Shown here: piece by piece, positions 40,899 through 55,023 of the stretch
Layout: each line of letters starts with the position of its first letter
Position numbering within the stretch: the stretch's first letter is position 1
Made by a program: the position numbers and the translations under genes
The notes under the pieces: generated by a model
Seen by the model: the letters and a program-made list of their open reading frames with translations, nothing else
What the model was told of the DNA's origin: nothing
The model's database searches: none
Virus record (IMG/VR): IMGVR_UViG_3300027976_000027
Location: 7,405-71,404 of that record
Length of the DNA: 64,000 nt
From: a virus
Reading direction: 5' to 3' (one strand)

Positions 40899-43682
40899 TT
40901 ATGACCAGACAGAGGATGCGCCTGCGTAGACATATTCACTACCTGGCCATGGATTACGGAACGCTTTGATAGGGGATAATGGAATAGGCAAAATAGGCCT
41001 TGGGCTTGGGGCCCCAGAATTGTTGTGTTGATCTACATATTCTCCACCACCTATTGATATACCATCATGACCAAGTCCATCAGTCCCACCAGTCCAAAAT
41101 ACTACATAACCAGCTGGTGGGTTTTTTCCATCATCTGTATCAGGGCCGAAGAAAGTTTCTGTTTTGACTACCAATGCTTTATAGCGCGCTGCAGCCGAAG
41201 GGTAATTCGCAATTACTGTCGGGACAGAATAACTTCCTTCACCACCCTCTGAAGGCCATGCCTGACTGATCAGGGTAGGCACCGGCGTGCCAAACAGGCC
41301 CAAAGCTTCTGAAAGAATTCTTGCAAATCTATCACAACCAATATTCCCGTTAAGCCAGCTTCCCTTACCATCCAACCACTCCTTCATTCTATTGATCCTC
41401 AACCAATTTGCAGCCTCAAGAATTTGCGTTTTACTGAACGTTGGGATAACGTCTGTATTACCTGTACCAGTTTCTTGTCCAGAGGATTGCGAATACACTA
41501 TAGGTTTACTATTAACTAGATCAAGCAGGGAACCATCTTTAGGATGGTCATAGTAGACATCTCCATCCATCCATCCTTCTATATAATCTTTCGTTAATTG
41601 ATTGTTATTGGGTAGATTATCTCTAACCCATTGTTCTAATATACTTATGTCTTTCCCTGTTGATAGATATACATCTACGGCGTCTTGAAATTTTACCTTA
41701 AAGATAAAACCACATTCAGATCTTGGAGTCCCATCAGAATTATTATAGCCACCCCAATGGTTTAGTCCACCAGAGGTATTTATCTTGCTGGTTACAGCCT
41801 TAGCCATTGTGCTATTAAACTTTTGGACTAGCATCCAAATTTGATTAATCGGATACCATAGCTTATCATCGGTGGTTGCCTGAGCAGTTGATTTTTTAGT
41901 TACCGGATCATACAACGATACTAGTTTTGCCGCTACAGCGTTTGGATCTAATAAATTCTCAGGATCTTTCACCCCGGCGGAACCAGTATAAGCCAGCTTA
42001 TGAGCTGGAATCATCATTTGATTTACCATACTACCATCCCAGTATATTGGGACACCAGTAGATACGTTAGTGGTCTTATTTATTAAACTAATAAGGTTAA
42101 ATTGGAACATGCCTATTGATACATCGCCCCCCCAACTCTTCGTGGTGCCAGTAAAGCAAGCGCCGTTAAAAGCATTGGGTCTTGAGTTAGCTTCTCTACC
42201 AGATATTGCCACGAATATTGCTGCCAACTCATCCGTGAATGGTCCCTCTCCAGAGAGAAGGGTAAAAAGTTCCATCTTACTGAATTCAGTACTAGTAGTC
42301 TTGTAGAGCGTAGTAGCTTTTTCTTTTGCCGTTGTCGCCGCCTCACTATAGTCGGTTGTGCTATCAGGACTTTCAGATCCGCCAGATTTTTCTGCGGCCT
42401 TCCAACCACTTGAACCAATATATATTCCCCCTCTTTGTGGGCTAAAACTCATATGTATATTATTAATATGCTCATTGCCATAATTAAAATTAATATGTTT
42501 TAAGGTTGGGAATTCAGTTGTCACACGAGTATTAAGAGAATCGTAGCCTTCTGATACAGCCCACTCTTTAGCTACATCTGGATGGATTATAACTAAGTCT
42601 GGAAGTAATGGCATTGGGATCAGTGATAGTCTTTGAAGAAATTCTGCAAGTGCGGATGAATATGTCAGTGTGCTTCTCCCAATATTAGAGTAATCGCCTA
42701 CCGTCGTTACATCAAATGCTCTACCAAAAACATGATCTGATATAGCATTTGTATTATTTTTGTCTATACCACTTCCTGGATTGTTTTTGTCATTTTCGGA
42801 TAAAATGGATCCACTAAGAGCAAAATTACCATTAATAGATATTCCTTTAGTTTCATCTGTCAACATTAATAAACATTCTATTAACGCGGCACTGATAAAA
42901 GCTCTCTCTTTCGAAGCGCTTATCAGCTTTTCATCTACAATCAATCCAGCTGTGCTGTATGGTTTTGTTTGCACGAAACTAAAACCAGAATAGTTATCCG
43001 GAATATCAAACCCAAATCCAATAATTAACGCTGGCTCTGCTATACGAGTTTTGAGTATTGTACCCCTCTCTATGTATATATCCATTTCGTCTTTTGTCAA
43101 TATACTTTCTAAAGCAACTGCTCTTTCCCCTAAGCTAGGAGTATCGCCATTTATTCTATAAGATATATTATTATGAGTATAGACAACACCTTGAGAATCT
43201 CCAACTTTTGATTTATCGTCTTGTGGGAATCTTCCATTCAAAGATTCCAAAAGAGGATTCATTGTTTGACCTGGAGCTAACCCAGTGCCAACAAGTGACT
43301 CAGCAACTGTTCTGAGATATGCTGCATTACCTTCAAGGGTCTCAGGCTCTCCTGAATTAGGGCCTTGCCAATCCGGGTTTGAAATTTTAAAAGAACCATT
43401 ACTGGCAGCTTGTGCACCAGTCGCTAAAACCGAATGCAAAGATGATTGAACAAATTTTGAAGATGAATCTATAACAGCGGCAGGATTTCTAGTAAGTGCT
43501 CCACCCGACATTATATCGGTTAAATTTCTTGATGTTAAAGTTTGATTACCATATTTTTCCTTAGAGGTAGAAGCAGAAGTAACTAGACTCGCAGCTCCAT
43601 CTGGGTTATACCCAGAACCAATCTTATTCGTTATCGATTCAGAATTATCCAGATCGTTAATAGTAAAACCAAAATCGCTCAT
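40899..43682 (-). CDS. tail-associated multi-domain peptidoglycan hydrolase (M15-like peptidase, SLT-like and NlpC/P60-like)
   Basis: SDHVFGRAFD..H..IH, then REANSRPNAFN..SIGMFQ, then GCDRF..PPAGYVVFW..GHDGISIG. Confidence 0.7.
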   Translation of the reverse strand: MSDFGFTINDLDNSESITNKIGSGYNPDGAASLVTSASTSKEKYGNQTLTSRNLTDIMSGGALTRNPAAVIDSSSKFVQSSLHSVLATGAQAASNGSFKISNPDWQGPNSGEPETLEGNAAYLRTVAESLVGTGLAPGQTMNPLLESLNGRFPQDDKSKVGDSQGVVYTHNNISYRINGDTPSLGERAVALESILTKDEMDIYIERGTILKTRIAEPALIIGFGFDIPDNYSGFSFVQTKPYSTAGLIVDEKLISASKERAFISAALIECLLMLTDETKGISINGNFALSGSILSENDKNNPGSGIDKNNTNAISDHVFGRAFDVTTVGDYSNIGRSTLTYSSALAEFLQRLSLIPMPLLPDLVIIHPDVAKEWAVSEGYDSLNTRVTTEFPTLKHINFNYGNEHINNIHMSFSPQRGGIYIGSSGWKAAEKSGGSESPDSTTDYSEAATTAKEKATTLYKTTSTEFSKMELFTLLSGEGPFTDELAAIFVAISGREANSRPNAFNGACFTGTTKSWGGDVSIGMFQFNLISLINKTTNVSTGVPIYWDGSMVNQMMIPAHKLAYTGSAGVKDPENLLDPNAVAAKLVSLYDPVTKKSTAQATTDDKLWYPINQIWMLVQKFNSTMAKAVTSKINTSGGLNHWGGYNNSDGTPRSECGFIFKVKFQDAVDVYLSTGKDISILEQWVRDNLPNNNQLTKDYIEGWMDGDVYYDHPKDGSLLDLVNSKPIVYSQSSGQETGTGNTDVIPTFSKTQILEAANWLRINRMKEWLDGKGSWLNGNIGCDRFARILSEALGLFGTPVPTLISQAWPSEGGEGSYSVPTVIANYPSAAARYKALVVKTETFFGPDTDDGKNPPAGYVVFWTGGTDGLGHDGISIGGGEYVDQHNNSGAPSPRPILPIPLSPIKAFRNPWPGSEYVYAGASSVWS

Positions 43683-43691
43683 TACTTCTCC

Positions 43692-46600
43692 TTATAGCCC
43701 AGATGTTTGAGGGACATATTTTGGGCTAATTATAGTATCGTCTAAGCTTATTTGCGATGGCCTAGCCCTTAACAGATCTACCGTATAAACTTGAGCTAAA
43801 TTATTTGTTACCAATTCCCAATTTAGCGTGGCTGGCAAACCATCATCATAGTATTCATCCCATGATATATAGGGCCATTCAGAAGCTTTAGAATATAGTA
43901 CTTCTATCGTTCGAAAATGAATTAAGTCATTAAATAATTTAATATATTGTTCCGTTAGTCCTGATAGTGGATCTTCCAAGCCTAAAAGTTTAAAATAATT
44001 TTCCATATTTGAAGCATAGATAGAATTATATATTTCGGTAAATTTTTTATAGAATATATTATCTGGATCCAAAGTTTTTATAAACTTTTCCTTTAATACT
44101 ATTATACTATTCCCGCTATTGTCTACAAAAAATGCTCTCATAGCAGCAACCTGTTTATCTATATCTTCTTGAAGTAATCTATAGAATATAGTTCCTAATG
44201 TTTTTTCTCTTTCATTTTCACCATAATTTATAGCTTTAAAATAACTTTTTGGATTATTTATTTTTGAACCAGCAGAAAAATCATCATCTGTATATGTGGA
44301 TGTTGAAGACTGATCGTTGGGGGATACTCTAATTATAAATGGTTTATTAGCTAATCTTTCAGATAAGAACATAGCTGTTTTCCCACCCTTTGAATCAATA
44401 TTAACTAAAGTAGTTGGTGCGTCTGTCTTATAACCAGATTGTATTGATGTATTAGTATAGGCTTCAAACACTCCAAGAGATGAAGCTATCACTCCTTCCA
44501 TCCTGACCTTGAACGGCGTGCCCAATGGGTTTAACAGATCTATAACTTCTATTTCATCTCCATCTATAATCCTATTTAATTTACATATAACTTTAAAGAA
44601 CTGATGTAAGCCAGCTTTATCTGGACCAGTTCCAGAGTATTTTAGCACTTCCGAATTAACAAGAGCGTTTTCATAACTGACGTATCTGACTAAATCTGTA
44701 ATTTCTTTTTCTTTCCAACCCAGACTTTTTAGCAGGTCGTCGTTACGTATAAATGCGTTACCGTCAACTGTTGTAACTTTTGTTTTTACGCCCAAGATAC
44801 CAGGTAGTAACCTCTTCGTATGATATCTACCAACAACCATGCCCTGGTTAATTGCTAATCCAGCATCCATGGGTTGCCCGTTTTTGTTTAAGTAAGAAAT
44901 ATAACATCCATGTTGATCTAATACATTGTCCCTAACCCACTTCCAACCACTCCAGAATCCAGCAGATGCAACAGCAGCACCTATTGCAGCGCCAACTGGG
45001 GCAATTGGACTAAGTAGTGCCCCTACAATTGCCGCCGTTCCAGTGACCGCTATATATGAAGCTGCTATACCAGTTAAGCTTCCTCCCATATCTGCCTGTT
45101 GTTGTACCTGCAAATCTATTTGCGCCTTAGCATCAGTCAATCCCTCAGCTGCAAAATTAGACATTACATCTTTCATTAATGCACTAGAGCCATGAGTAAA
45201 CTGTATACCTCCTAACATTTGAGTTCTAAGTAATTGGCTTATTCCAGACATAGAAATATTGCCCCCAGAAAGGACTCCGGTATTACCAGCTTGGACTGAG
45301 TTAATTATTGATCTCGTATCATTCCTAATGTTTTGTATTGATAACCAAGAATGTATCCACGATGACATAAACCATCTACCGGGGTCATTTACCGAAACAA
45401 GTGCGTTGGGTGTTATTGATGTGATGAATCCCATATTCGGAGTGAAATGGTGTACGACTTGTTCAACTTCAAAAATTCCATACATTCTTTCGTAAACATC
45501 CGCCAAATATACTAAATCATGAGGTCTAATATCAGGGCTGCCCAACACTAATAGCTCTCCAGAATAGATATCTTTTAATGACTCTTTGAGATGGGCAAGC
45601 GCGACCCTTCTTGCCATTAATTCATCTGGAGCACCTTGAGATAACTTAATCGCCCCTCTGGCAAATTCCATTGGATGGAATAATGGCTGGGCAATTCCGA
45701 ATAAACCTTCTCCAGCTATATTATCATAATATAGGCCAGTCTCAACAGTCTTCTCGATTTGTCTTTCTGATGGGATGCTCTTATCTAGGGCAACTGTTAC
45801 TGGATACTTGCCATCTGAAACAGCGGTTACTTGAGTAGCCACATTGACTGTTGTTTCTCTAATATTGTTAGCAAGTATTGTACTAAATGAACTTAGATAG
45901 TGAATTCTTTGGAATGGCTCACGGATCTCTACAACTGGCTCTCCGTATTCTCTAGTGAAAGGGTTATCTATTGCCCTTAGAAGAGAGCCCGCCCTACCTA
46001 ATGAATAATAGATAGAATCATTCAAGGCTTTATTCATGATATTTGCCTGCTTAGCAAAATTATCTATTAGCCCCAAACCGTAGCCCATTTGAAGCATGGA
46101 CATTCTAAACATTTGCATTAAACCTGATAGACCATCGCTTAATGCAGTAAATATTGGACCAATGTTATTATCCCAAAAATTATCGATATTGTTTCCAAGT
46201 ACGCCAACTATGTTACCGGCACTATTTCCTTCGCCTTTATTGTCTGCTAACAGTTTTAGAAATTTTTTCTTATCAGAAGAGTAATTACTATTAGGATCTA
46301 TAAATGCAGCAAAGATTTTATTTACTGGTCCGAAGTCCCACATATCTCTACTCGTATATTTCCTATTTGGCTTTAACACTAGCCATGCTCTCGGGTAAGC
46401 TTCTTGCCACATAGCTTGCCTGAACATGCCAACTATCAGTAAGAACAACTGTCTTGAGGTAAATGAATCTTTGATTATCTCACCTATTTTTATTATTCCA
46501 CCATTGATATCTGCGCCATCTATCAAGCTTAAATTTGATTGTGACTGAAGAAATAAACCAATTCTTTTATATTTAGTTCTAACTAAAGTGTCAAAGTATT

Positions 46601-49600
46601 TTATCAAACCACCATCATCTAAACTAGCATCAACTAAATTTTTTCTAGCAAACTCGATAGCCTGTTTAATTGATACGTTATTTACTTCATTGTCCATCCC
46701 CTTATATTTATTAGCCCCCTTGCGTTGAGGAGTATTGTCACCAGAGCTGTTAATGAAATCGCTACCTAACAATAAAGTAAATTCGTCTACTGCATCAGTA
46801 TTGCCGCTTGAGAAGGCTTTAAATATTTCTGTAGTAGCTTTTGGATTTCTGATTATTTCAATAAGAAAATCTGGGAGCTTCTCTTCACTCCCTGGATCTA
46901 AACCAAACGCATCAAAAAAAATCTTCTTCACAGACTCCATCTCGTGATAATCAAATCTAAATTGATCCCATATATCATTGGCCTGCGAAAGTGTTCTACC
47001 ATTACCCGCTATAACATGGGTATTTGCACTAAAAGATTCGTCAAAGAAAGCTCTCGCTTGTCTAGATTGTTCCGATAGAGGATCATAGACTGGCGTAAAT
47101 CTTAGTCTGCCCGTCCCAGTCTCTTCATCACCTGTTGTTTTTAATTCCCTATCTAGAATATCGTATAATTGTTTTCTACCTACGCTAGTATATTGTTCGC
47201 TTAATACCAAATCAAAATAACTATCTTTAGTTGTACTGCTAGAAGCTAATATGTTTCCGCCTCTTGCAGAAGCTTCAGCTAATGAATTCAGACCGCGCAA
47301 TGATATCCCGCCAACTGGTACAAGCTCATCAAATTGTGTATTTAATGCTGACGGTCTTTCATTATATAACTCTATTTGACCTTCCATGGCATCCGCTGAG
47401 CCAGTTGGATTGAAAACGGCTGCATCGGTAGCAAGTTGGGCTAATAATTTATTTTGCGATTCTCCAGCGGCAAAGTTCCCAAATCCAATTACCCTTTGGT
47501 TATCTCCAAAAAAATCTTTTGTTTTACCCTCATTGGTTAATTCGTAATCTACAGCTGGGTTTATTATAGTTGTAACTACTCCGACTGGGACTGAATCATC
47601 AACAAATGTAAAATAACATTCTCTAACTTGTGGTGCTGGAGCTAAACCAACTGCAGCCAATTTTAATACTGCAGGATTGCCAGAATCCTCATCTGTAAAA
47701 TATGCTTTTTCAATTTCAGTAAGATGCATTGCTCCTAGATAGTAGGCTGCATCTGGGGAGACAATTGCGCTAAGCGTTTTTTCTTGTGTATTTGTCTTAA
47801 AATTCACAAATGAACTATCAGTTCTATTTCTACCAATATCCTGTTGAATCGCATTTACGTCTACTTGGTCTTCTCCCCAAAGAAAGAATGCTGGCTTACA
47901 TATTACTGCCGTTCTAGTTATTGGACTATAAACAAGAACTTTTCTATTTTTATAATCTGCTGGGGTTCCATAGAATTCACTTTCTTTTCTACCCGGAAAA
48001 TATTCTTCTTTAAATTTTTGAAATATTGGATCTTTTTCATCTTCAGTAATCCTATATGGCCATCTCATAGCTATGTAGAACTGTTCATCAAGAGCAGTCT
48101 TTGGGGACCCCCAATCCCTATAACTAAGCTCTGACGATCCCGACTTAGTTTGATCTATATATTCATACTCCCAAGAGCCTTCAAGTTTCGTAACATCTCT
48201 TAATATATTTGTTGTCATAGGAAGTGGTACTCTTACTAAAGATTTTTGAGCTTCTGTTCCAGATCCTTCTATATTAAATATGAAATTTGTTGAACCAAAT
48301 GTTGTCATTGGGTCAATTTGACTGGTAAAAGAGATCGCACTTAAATCTATTACAAATTCATCCCCTACCGCATTACCAGAGACACTAGTGGTAGAAGAGC
48401 TTACTAGAGATGCTTCTGTATCTAATAGGTTCACGTATAAGGTATCTGCTCCTAATTTTTCTACATCTTTATCACCATCGGCTAATGTTTTAACGCCATC
48501 TTTCTTACTCGAGCTAAGAGCATAGAATGCATAGTCGAGCTGAATTGCTCCTGCTACTCTATCGGTAAAGAATGGGAATGAATATCTTAATGGCATTTGA
48601 GGTATTTCTCTGTGATCCTTCGCAAATTTTTCAAGCTCTACTTCTGTGCTAACCCCAGTTGGATCTATAGGTAAGTGATAACCAATAGTGATAAAACCTT
48701 TATTCGTTGGAATTTCTGAAACTATTCTTTTTGTTGAACCTTTATTCGAAGACCATCTTTCTGCTGCGTCCGCGCTCATTCCCCTAAGATTATTAACAGA
48801 GTAGCCCATATATTGGAGTCTTCTTGGATCTGTTAAATTAATTACCTTACCGCTTAATACGCCAGCAGGTCCGTAAACATCGCCAGAAGTAGACTGCTGT
48901 CTAATAATCTCCTCCATAAGCATAGCTGGGTTTTGGAATCTTTTAAAAGCTTCATAGTCAGCTGTCGACGTAGACTCTTTATTTATTTTAGTTAATATAT
49001 CCATTAACTCAGAATCCGGACTTCTATAAGAAGGAGTCTTTAACCCTAATTCTACCGCACGTTTTTCTGATGGGAACCCAGTAGTTATAGGTACTACGCC
49101 AGAAGTATAAAGCCAATGTGGTTTTCCATAGAATACTGTAGATCTATCTTCGAATGGTCTTACCGCAACAATATAATTAGGAAGTAATCTTGCGCACATT
49201 TGAAAAAGATCCCAAACAGATTTCATATATGTTTGAGCCCTAAAAGAAACTTCGTCAAATCCTGGCATGTCATCATCTGCATCGCTGATAAGACCAAACG
49301 TTTTCCAAATATTTACACCACCTCTACCCGTTAGGGAGCCTAATAAAGATGCCCCACCTGATACTGCGGTAAGCCCTCCTATTGTTGGGAGCACAATTCC
49401 ACCAGTGCCAAAGGCCAATGCTGCTCCCGCAGCCAATAGGGAGCCACTCAGTATCCCTGCAGCGAGCCCTCCTGATGATCTGATCTGATTCCCTTGTGTT
49501 AGACTGTCTAAGGCCGCAGCAGCACTGGGGTTACCTTGATCATATTTTTGCAGCATATTATTCCATGAAGAATCTGTTAGCCTATTAAGATACTCTAATC

Positions 49601-52600
49601 TTGGGTTTGGTATATCTTCTGGTGTAAGCGAAGCTGCATCTGCCCAACCATCACCAAGATCTCCACCTAGGAATTGAGCTACGCCAGTTCCATTCCCTGG
49701 ATAAATATTTCTTTTAAAAAGTTCTAGATCTGTTTGTGTAGCGAAATTCGACCAGAGTGTCTGCATCATCCCCACCACTGGTATCCTCACCTCTGGCCCA
49801 AGACCAAAACCAGTCCCGCTAGAGTTATTACCTAAAGGATTTAATATCCCTAATACAGCGCCAGAACCACCTGTTAAACCATTGCCCTTACCAATGCTTG
49901 TGAGTCCATCGGCGTATGCGTTCCTAATTCCTGCGTTTTTGTTTCTTTCGGTTTCTGTTAGCGGTTCATATAGAATGGTCCCAAAATGTCTAATACCAAA
50001 TTTATTTTCAGAAAAAATTGTTCCTCTAGTCGCATGTGCAAATGACTCTCTAACCCTTGATGTCCCCATCGACAAAAGTCTTACCATTAAATCTCTTGGC
50101 TCTGATAAATATAGACCAGTGTTTAGTGCCCCATCTATGCTACCGCTACTACCCTTTTTGTCTGTTGAGTTAATTACTGGACTTAGCTCTATTGCATCTG
50201 ACTGGCATGTAACCGTAACTATTTCACCTAATTCGACTTCGGTTATAATCCCATTAAATAATGTATGTAGTGAGTTAGGATTAGATCCGATATCCGCCTC
50301 TTAGGTGTATCCTCACACCAGGCTTAAGTCTAATATTTTCTATGTCAACAATGTATTGACTTTCCATATGTCCGAGTTGATTTCTCGCAGTATTCAAAGT
50401 CCTATCTATAATTTGCTCAAGACCAGATGTTAAATTTAATACGTTCTCACCTGGTTTGTCATCAGTCTGACCAGCTGTCCCGCTAAAAATTGTTGTAGCC
50501 TCTTTTGTGGATAACTTTGCGTACATATTGGATGCTCTAAAAACAAGAGTATCTCCAAGAATATCCTCAGAAGAAACAATAGAAAAATCTATAATTGATT
50601 GTAAACCATAAAAATTATCAAATAATTTTGTTCCAGCAAAGTCTCTTTCGCTAATTAGCCATAACATGTAAGTAGGAAATGCCCTAATCATTCTTCCAGA
50701 GATATCTCTATACTGGGTATCTATCATCATCTTTTCCCAATGACTTGTAATGCTCTTAGAGTTTCCACCTTGCCCCATAGTTTCTGGTTTACCACTATCA
50801 CCAGCAGAATAACTATATTGGTATTTGTCTAAAGACTGTACACCAGGCACTCCTGTCATAACGTTTTTTGTTCCGGTATCTGGCGTTTGGGTATCGGTTA
50901 TACCGATGTATTGTACGGAGGAATCTTTCCTAACATTAGCATCGTCTATTGTCAGATAGAATCTACCATTAGATTTATCTATATAGCCAAATTGATATCC
51001 ATCTGCAGTATGAAACATTGCTGGTATTTTAGGGTTAGCGGGATTATCTACAGCTGGAAAAGTATGGATTATTGCATGAGCCTCTAAATCATCTGGATTG
51101 AAACTAATATATGGATCTTCCTTGAACTCATCCAGTCCACCCTTTAGTGCATTTTGTAATTGCGCCTTCTGTATCTTATCAACCGAACTTAAGTCTCCAG
51201 ACTTTAATCTGCCAGAAGAGATTCTCCAATTAGAATCAGCTATATCTGAATCAATCCCAGCATTCGCGAAATCAGCCTCATCTAGTGATTCTAGATAAGA
51301 TAACAAAAACTTTTCATTCTCCTCCGTTTTCATTGCTTCTAATATGTAGGAAGCAATTTCTGATGCATTAAGGCTCAATGTATTTGATATATAATCCTTA
51401 AGCGTTTTTAAATCATCGTTTTTTATATATTCTTGGAACCTTTTAATTACCGATTCATTCTTGTAGACCATCGAACCGTATGGAGAAAAGGTTGTTACCG
51501 TTGCGTCTAAATCAATTGGTGATATATTAAGTCTATCTAACCTGTCTAATTTACCTCTATTCTGTTCGATATTATGCACGACATCTCGGTCAAGCATTTC
51601 AAAACTTCTAAAGTAAAAATCTGGATCTAGGTTACCAACTATTTCCCCTTTTTCATTTCTTATTTCAAGCGGAAAATCTGGGTAAGCATTAAACTGGCCC
51701 CAGAGTTGCTTTATTCTTAAGAACGGATTTTTTTTAGTGCCAAATTCTTCGATAAGCATCCTTTGTTGAGCCGAAGACAACTGTTCACGTTTCTGTTGGA
51801 AAATATCAAAATCGACCATTCTTAAACTAACGTCGTAAACATGAGGAAAGTTTGGTATTGTAGAAACATTGAAAGATAATGGAAGGACGTATTTGATACC
51901 AGCTAAAGCGGTAATAATATTTTTTATTCCTAGAAATCCCAAAACTCCTGCTGCGTTCTCTAATCTAGCGAGCCCATTTATATGTTCAAATATTTTTCTT
52001 AATTTTATTAATTCAGTTTCACCAAAAATCTTCATCGATATATTTATATAACTATCGCCTCCACCTATATGCTGATAGGTTGGTTCGTCATGCATCTGTA
52101 CTTGTAATGGAACTATATTGTTACTCAGAGATATAGAAACATTTGTGACTATAACTTTTTTAGGGTCAAAGTCGACCCTGATCATTGGCACTTCCCATTC
52201 TCTTAGATGAAAACTCCCAGCTCTCTGCATAGCTGCTTCCATAAGATCTCTTATCGGACCAGCTCTAAAGAATCTTTCGTATACAGTAGCGCTATAAGCA
52301 ATAGAAAACTGTTCCTTGATTCTTACTCTTTCTTCCTCTTTCCACGTATCATCATCATTCTTACCCCCATTAATAGCAACTTTTTCGAGATGTTGGTCTA
52401 CAAGAAAATCTAGATATGCTGTTGTATTTAAGGCCTGACCCTTTAGATGAGTTTTGATTGCGGCTAATGTCATATCTTTGAAAACTATAGAACCAAAAAC
52501 ATATCTTTCTGTATCTACAAAGGCATTCTCTGTTCTGCTAAAGTCTTTTAAGTAATTTTTTCTTTCAGAGTCAAGTTGTGGATTTTGTTTTATAAAAGTT

Positions 52601-55017
52601 GTTATTATAAAAGCATAGGCTTTTTGCTGGAAGTTCTCAGCATTTCTTCCAGCAGTTAATATATCGATACTGTCTACTATTTTTTGTCTTACTGTATAAT
52701 CTGTTATATTACCAGTAGATGTATTGATGACAGAATCTAACGTTCTATGATATCCATCAGTTATAACTATGCCAAAGTTTGCAAGCATTGTATTCCAAAA
52801 ACCTCGACCTTGATCTGTAGCGTTTTTATCTTTTAGTTTTTCTTCATCGCTTCTAAATCCAGAAATATCTGGAGTAAATATTTTTGTTTGGGTTTCTTGG
52901 GGCATGTAAAAAGATATATTACTTCCATCAATCCATTCTTTGACTACGTTTGTTACATAGACTTCATTTTTATAACCCAAAAGCTCATTCAATGGCTGAC
53001 CGCCTATACCCGATTGAGATGACATCCCATCTGCCTGCACCTGGATAGGTACTGTGTCATCCATTTTATTACCATCTCTGTCGGTTTGGACAACAGCTTG
53101 ACCACTAGCTTTATCTGTATCTCCTACCATTAAAAATTCTTCATTAACATAGTTATGTAGCGCCCCTGCCGCTTTACCCATGTATTGTCTAAATTTGCCC
53201 CAGTGAATTGCTTGGTTGAAATCGTTAAACATTGGAAGGAATGGCTTATGATTAAAGTTATATAGGTCAAGACTGACTACTAATGCAAATGGGTATTGCG
53301 GTATCGTAGATATTGACATGGCGTTTAATGCCACTCCAGTAATACCATAAACCGAATTTAGATAATGATTTCTTATCGGTAGAAACGGTGCATACTTAAA
53401 TGCTGCAACGAGCCCCCTAAGCGATGAAAGAAATTTATCTATCTTTGCATCGTCGTCACCACTGCCACTAAAATCAATTCTATAATTATCCTTTAAAGAT
53501 ATTTTTGATGCATCAGTTATTGACATTCCCCAAATTTCTTCATAATTAGGGAAAAACAATTGCATACTTATTGTAGTATGCTTATATCCAGCATTAAATT
53601 TAGGACTATTTTTCTGTCTTAGTGCACCTTCGCCCATGCTACTAACTTTGAATTGTGTATTTACATCTATAACTATTGGTGGTATATAAAAATTTGCTGC
53701 GCCTAAGCGAAAATGAAATATATCTGGTGAAACTGGTGGTATATTTTGCCTAGATGGAAACTGTTTTAAAGCCTCCTCTATTCTCTCACCTGTATTGATT
53801 AAATCCCATGCACCCGTGAAAATGGTTTGGCCTTTTTCCTGGCCTATTGCGGCCATCAGATCATCCAATATCATCTGTGGACTATTTTGTTTGTCTTCTG
53901 CTCCACCACCCTTACCATCATTCGAATAATCTGCAGTTGCAGCTAATGCCGTAAAAAAATAATTAATTAAATCTGGGAAATATCTATATATGGACGCAAG
54001 CGTAATCGGATCATTAGATAGTTTATGTAAGACATTGGACAACTTTAAAAGCCAGCCCGTATCCCTTACCCCGTCTAAGACACCCTTAGCTGCTGCACTC
54101 CCTTTTACTCTACCTAAATTACTAAGACGAGATCTACTATAAGCCTGTATCAAATCCACATGGGCGATTAAATCAAAAAGACCAGAGGCTTCTATTTTTT
54201 GAAATAAATTTTTTTGATATTTTTCATCTAAATTTTTAATCTCTACTGTAGGCGCGATAACACTCATAAATTTCTTATAAATAGGATCTTCTATAGCAAA
54301 TCCATCTGTGGAAAATCCATTTCTTTCTCTTAAAACAGAATAATAATTTATAGAATTAGTAATTATCTTATCATCATGATAATAAACCTGGCTTAAGAAA
54401 TCACTTAGAGCATTTAATCTTTCAATAGAGATATCTGGTTCTTCTGCCATTGGAGGCTCAGAGACATCGGCTGGCGTACTTGGCGAAGGATCTCTGTCAA
54501 AGTCCACTAATCTTTGAACAACATCATTCACATAGCTAACTATGGAGGCTAAAAAACTAAAACAACCATCATATGCACCGAGTAACACTCCATAATTACC
54601 AGCTTTAAACCAAAGATTCCATGCATTTTCGTAGATAGCGTCATCTAAATTAAGATTATCTGGAATCGTTTTATCAAATTTTCTTAAATATTTAATTACA
54701 TCTTCGTTTGTCTTACCAGCTACAGTTTTAATTGCCTTTTCTCTAGTTGATATCCATTTTTCATCTTGTTTATCGGGTCTCAATATAAGTCTACCCGTAG
54801 GTAAATCTTTATCTATCCACGATGGAGTACTACCCTTTATTCTACTGCCACCATCAAGCACCATTATCGATCTAATCGTTTGTATATAAACAGGATTAGA
54901 TGGATTATCCGTAGCTAGACTTAACCAAGTAACACACTCTTGCTTATAATCTATAATATGTTGTTTAGTAGGAAATTGTGCTTTAATATAATTAAAAGAG
55001 TCTATATTTATAGTCAT
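43692..55017 (-). CDS. giant tail/baseplate-hub protein (3774 aa) requiring one +1 shift at CGG 50287-50289
   Basis: Joins 50281..55017 and 43692..50087. The bridge reads RIHLRGGY-GSNPNSLHTLFNGIITEV and is open into the downstream ORF. Confidence 0.75.
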
Positions 55018-55023
55018 AAAATA

